From Paragordius varius (Eukaryota; Animalia; Nematomorpha), in the NCBI GenBank assembly GCA_964247055.1, contig OZ176051.1:9796001-9860000 (forward strand): a DNA stretch of 64,000 nt, given 5' to 3'. Made by a program: the position numbers and the translations under genes. Below, piece after piece: positions 62,452 to 64,000 of this stretch. Position 1 is the first letter of the stretch; the number at the start of each line of letters is the position of its first letter. Under the pieces are notes generated by a model. That model was not told the origin of the DNA. It searched no databases and worked only from the letters and a program-made list of their open reading frames with translations.

Positions 62452-63067
62452 TATATTATATTCATTTTTTATGGCCAAAAACTATTTTACATTTAAAAAA
62501 TGATGAAATTTTTAAAACAAATTATTAATTTTTACGAGTCACAAACAACAAGGGAAATTGCGGAAATCAGTATTTTGTTTGATATCATTTACACCGCCTG
62601 TTACCGAATATCTATTAACATGATAATACGAATGTATTTAATTAAAATTTTAATATTAATTGTAATTTATAAAGAAAATTAAAAAATATAGTTTTTTCTA
62701 ATTGGTTAAATTAGGGTTGAATCAATTAATATGGAAATATAGGAAATCAAATCAATCACATATTTTATATTATGTTAAATATTTATGGCAAAAACTAATT
62801 TAACGAGGAATAAACTGTGTGATAAAAATAAAATATCATATCAGCCGATTTTGCCTTAATATCTAAAAAATTCTATTGAAGCTTAATTTACTCGTAACCC
62901 CTTAAAACAAGTGAAAAAAATAACCAAAATATTCTCTGAAATATATTTTCATCTATGAAATGAACAACAATTTATGTTTAAACTAATCTATTTTACTGCT
63001 TGTTATGGTATATGATAAAATACCTATGTATATATACAACATCAATAAAAAAATTATGGTAATAAAG

Positions 63068-63105
<38 letters not shown>

Positions 63106-64000
63106 TTAGTATAATATAAAAGTGTGTACAGGGGTTATATTAATTGATATGCGAAGCGTAACCTAGTTATTATTTTTTATAACTGCATAATAACTGCACA
63201 AAAATGTAGTTTTTTTTCCTATTTAATTTCGTCTTAATCACATACACATGATTAAATACTATTTAAACTTCTTAATACTTACAGTTGGAGGAATAAAGCA
63301 TAACTAATATTAAAAAATGTATGACAAGGATAATTTAGATCGCTGTTTTAACTCAATTCTTTATTATATTCCTCTAATTTACTTTAAAGTCAGTAAACTA
63401 ACTAACTATCTTAGAGCTAAGTCAACTTTAATAATTCAACTTAAAATAAAATATTTAGTTTAAAAAAAATGTAATGGAAAAAAAAACGAGGTAAAATTTT
63501 TTCAATAATGTAAGTTAATTTTTAACTGTATTAATTTTATTAATTTTTTCTGCATTTTAATATAATATATATTATACAATGCCAGAAAAACAGTTAGAGG
63601 CGATAATCAAAATTAATATATATATATATATATATATATACAATTTTTTTGGATATTGTAAAATTACAATTTTAAGTACAATGCAATCTACTGTTAATCA
63701 ACTTTGTATTCTATTTAAACCGTAATAAATGCCCCATATTTCTAAATTTTTATTTCTCACATTCTTAATTATCCACAAGTAATAAATATAAAAAAGGTTT
63801 GTTATAGGTAATTCTACTAAAACTTCGGACATACTCTGCCTAATTTTAAAATATGGAAATTACAATATGAAACTGTTTTTTTAAATTTGAGCCAATTTCA
63901 TATAATTTTAATATTCAATTTATCTTACCATTTTTTCACAAATACATACGTTATTTAAGCTACAAAAAATATTTTAAAACATTAATATTTTTATTTAATT

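Noticed and set aside
737-64000. Most short ORFs in the supplied six-frame track (e.g. 737-1003, 8995-9186, 15890-16246, 30208-30441, 41282-41515, 62500-62682)
   Set aside because: They are I/F/K/L/N/Y-rich chance ORFs in AT-rich introns or repeats, or antisense shadows of real exons. They show no motifs or splice logic.

Overview
Very AT-rich eukaryotic (invertebrate animal) genomic DNA with spliceosomal GT-AG introns. The ORF track is therefore mostly spurious, and I built gene models by hand, exon by exon. There are no prokaryotic features (no CRISPR, rRNA or tRNA seen). Genes in order: 3' part of ABCF2 (+, 319-3699); XPNPEP3/Icp55 aminopeptidase (-, 4773-8410), head-to-head with CCT3 (+, 8458-13912) with only 47 bp between start codons; a 4-exon orphan secreted, possibly CUB-like protein missed by the ORF track (+, 18560-19488); a divergent GTF3C5 (+, 33268-40633); an RNF13/RNF167-type PA-TM-RING ligase with a ~650 aa tail (+, 45372-52289); and a ~1505 aa ZP-domain cuticlin-like membrane protein (-, 53927-60712). 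Intergenic DNA (14-33 kb, 41-45 kb) is a transposon nest. It holds two inverted non-autonomous Helitrons with internal tandem arrays, a 5'-inverted RTE LINE with an 11-bp TSD, a hAT element (8-bp TSD) carrying an inverted partial copy of its own transposase, CACTA-ended elements with nested TTAA piggyBac-like MITEs, and smaller MITEs. The most striking signal is in all four conserved housekeeping-type genes whose 5' end is visible. Their first 1-3 introns are ultra-short (21-36 nt) and lengthen with distance from the ATG, while later introns are 91-2100+ nt, and these genes have <90 bp of unique upstream DNA. I cannot identify the organism from the sequence. A cuticle-bearing invertebrate such as a nematomorph is only a guess.
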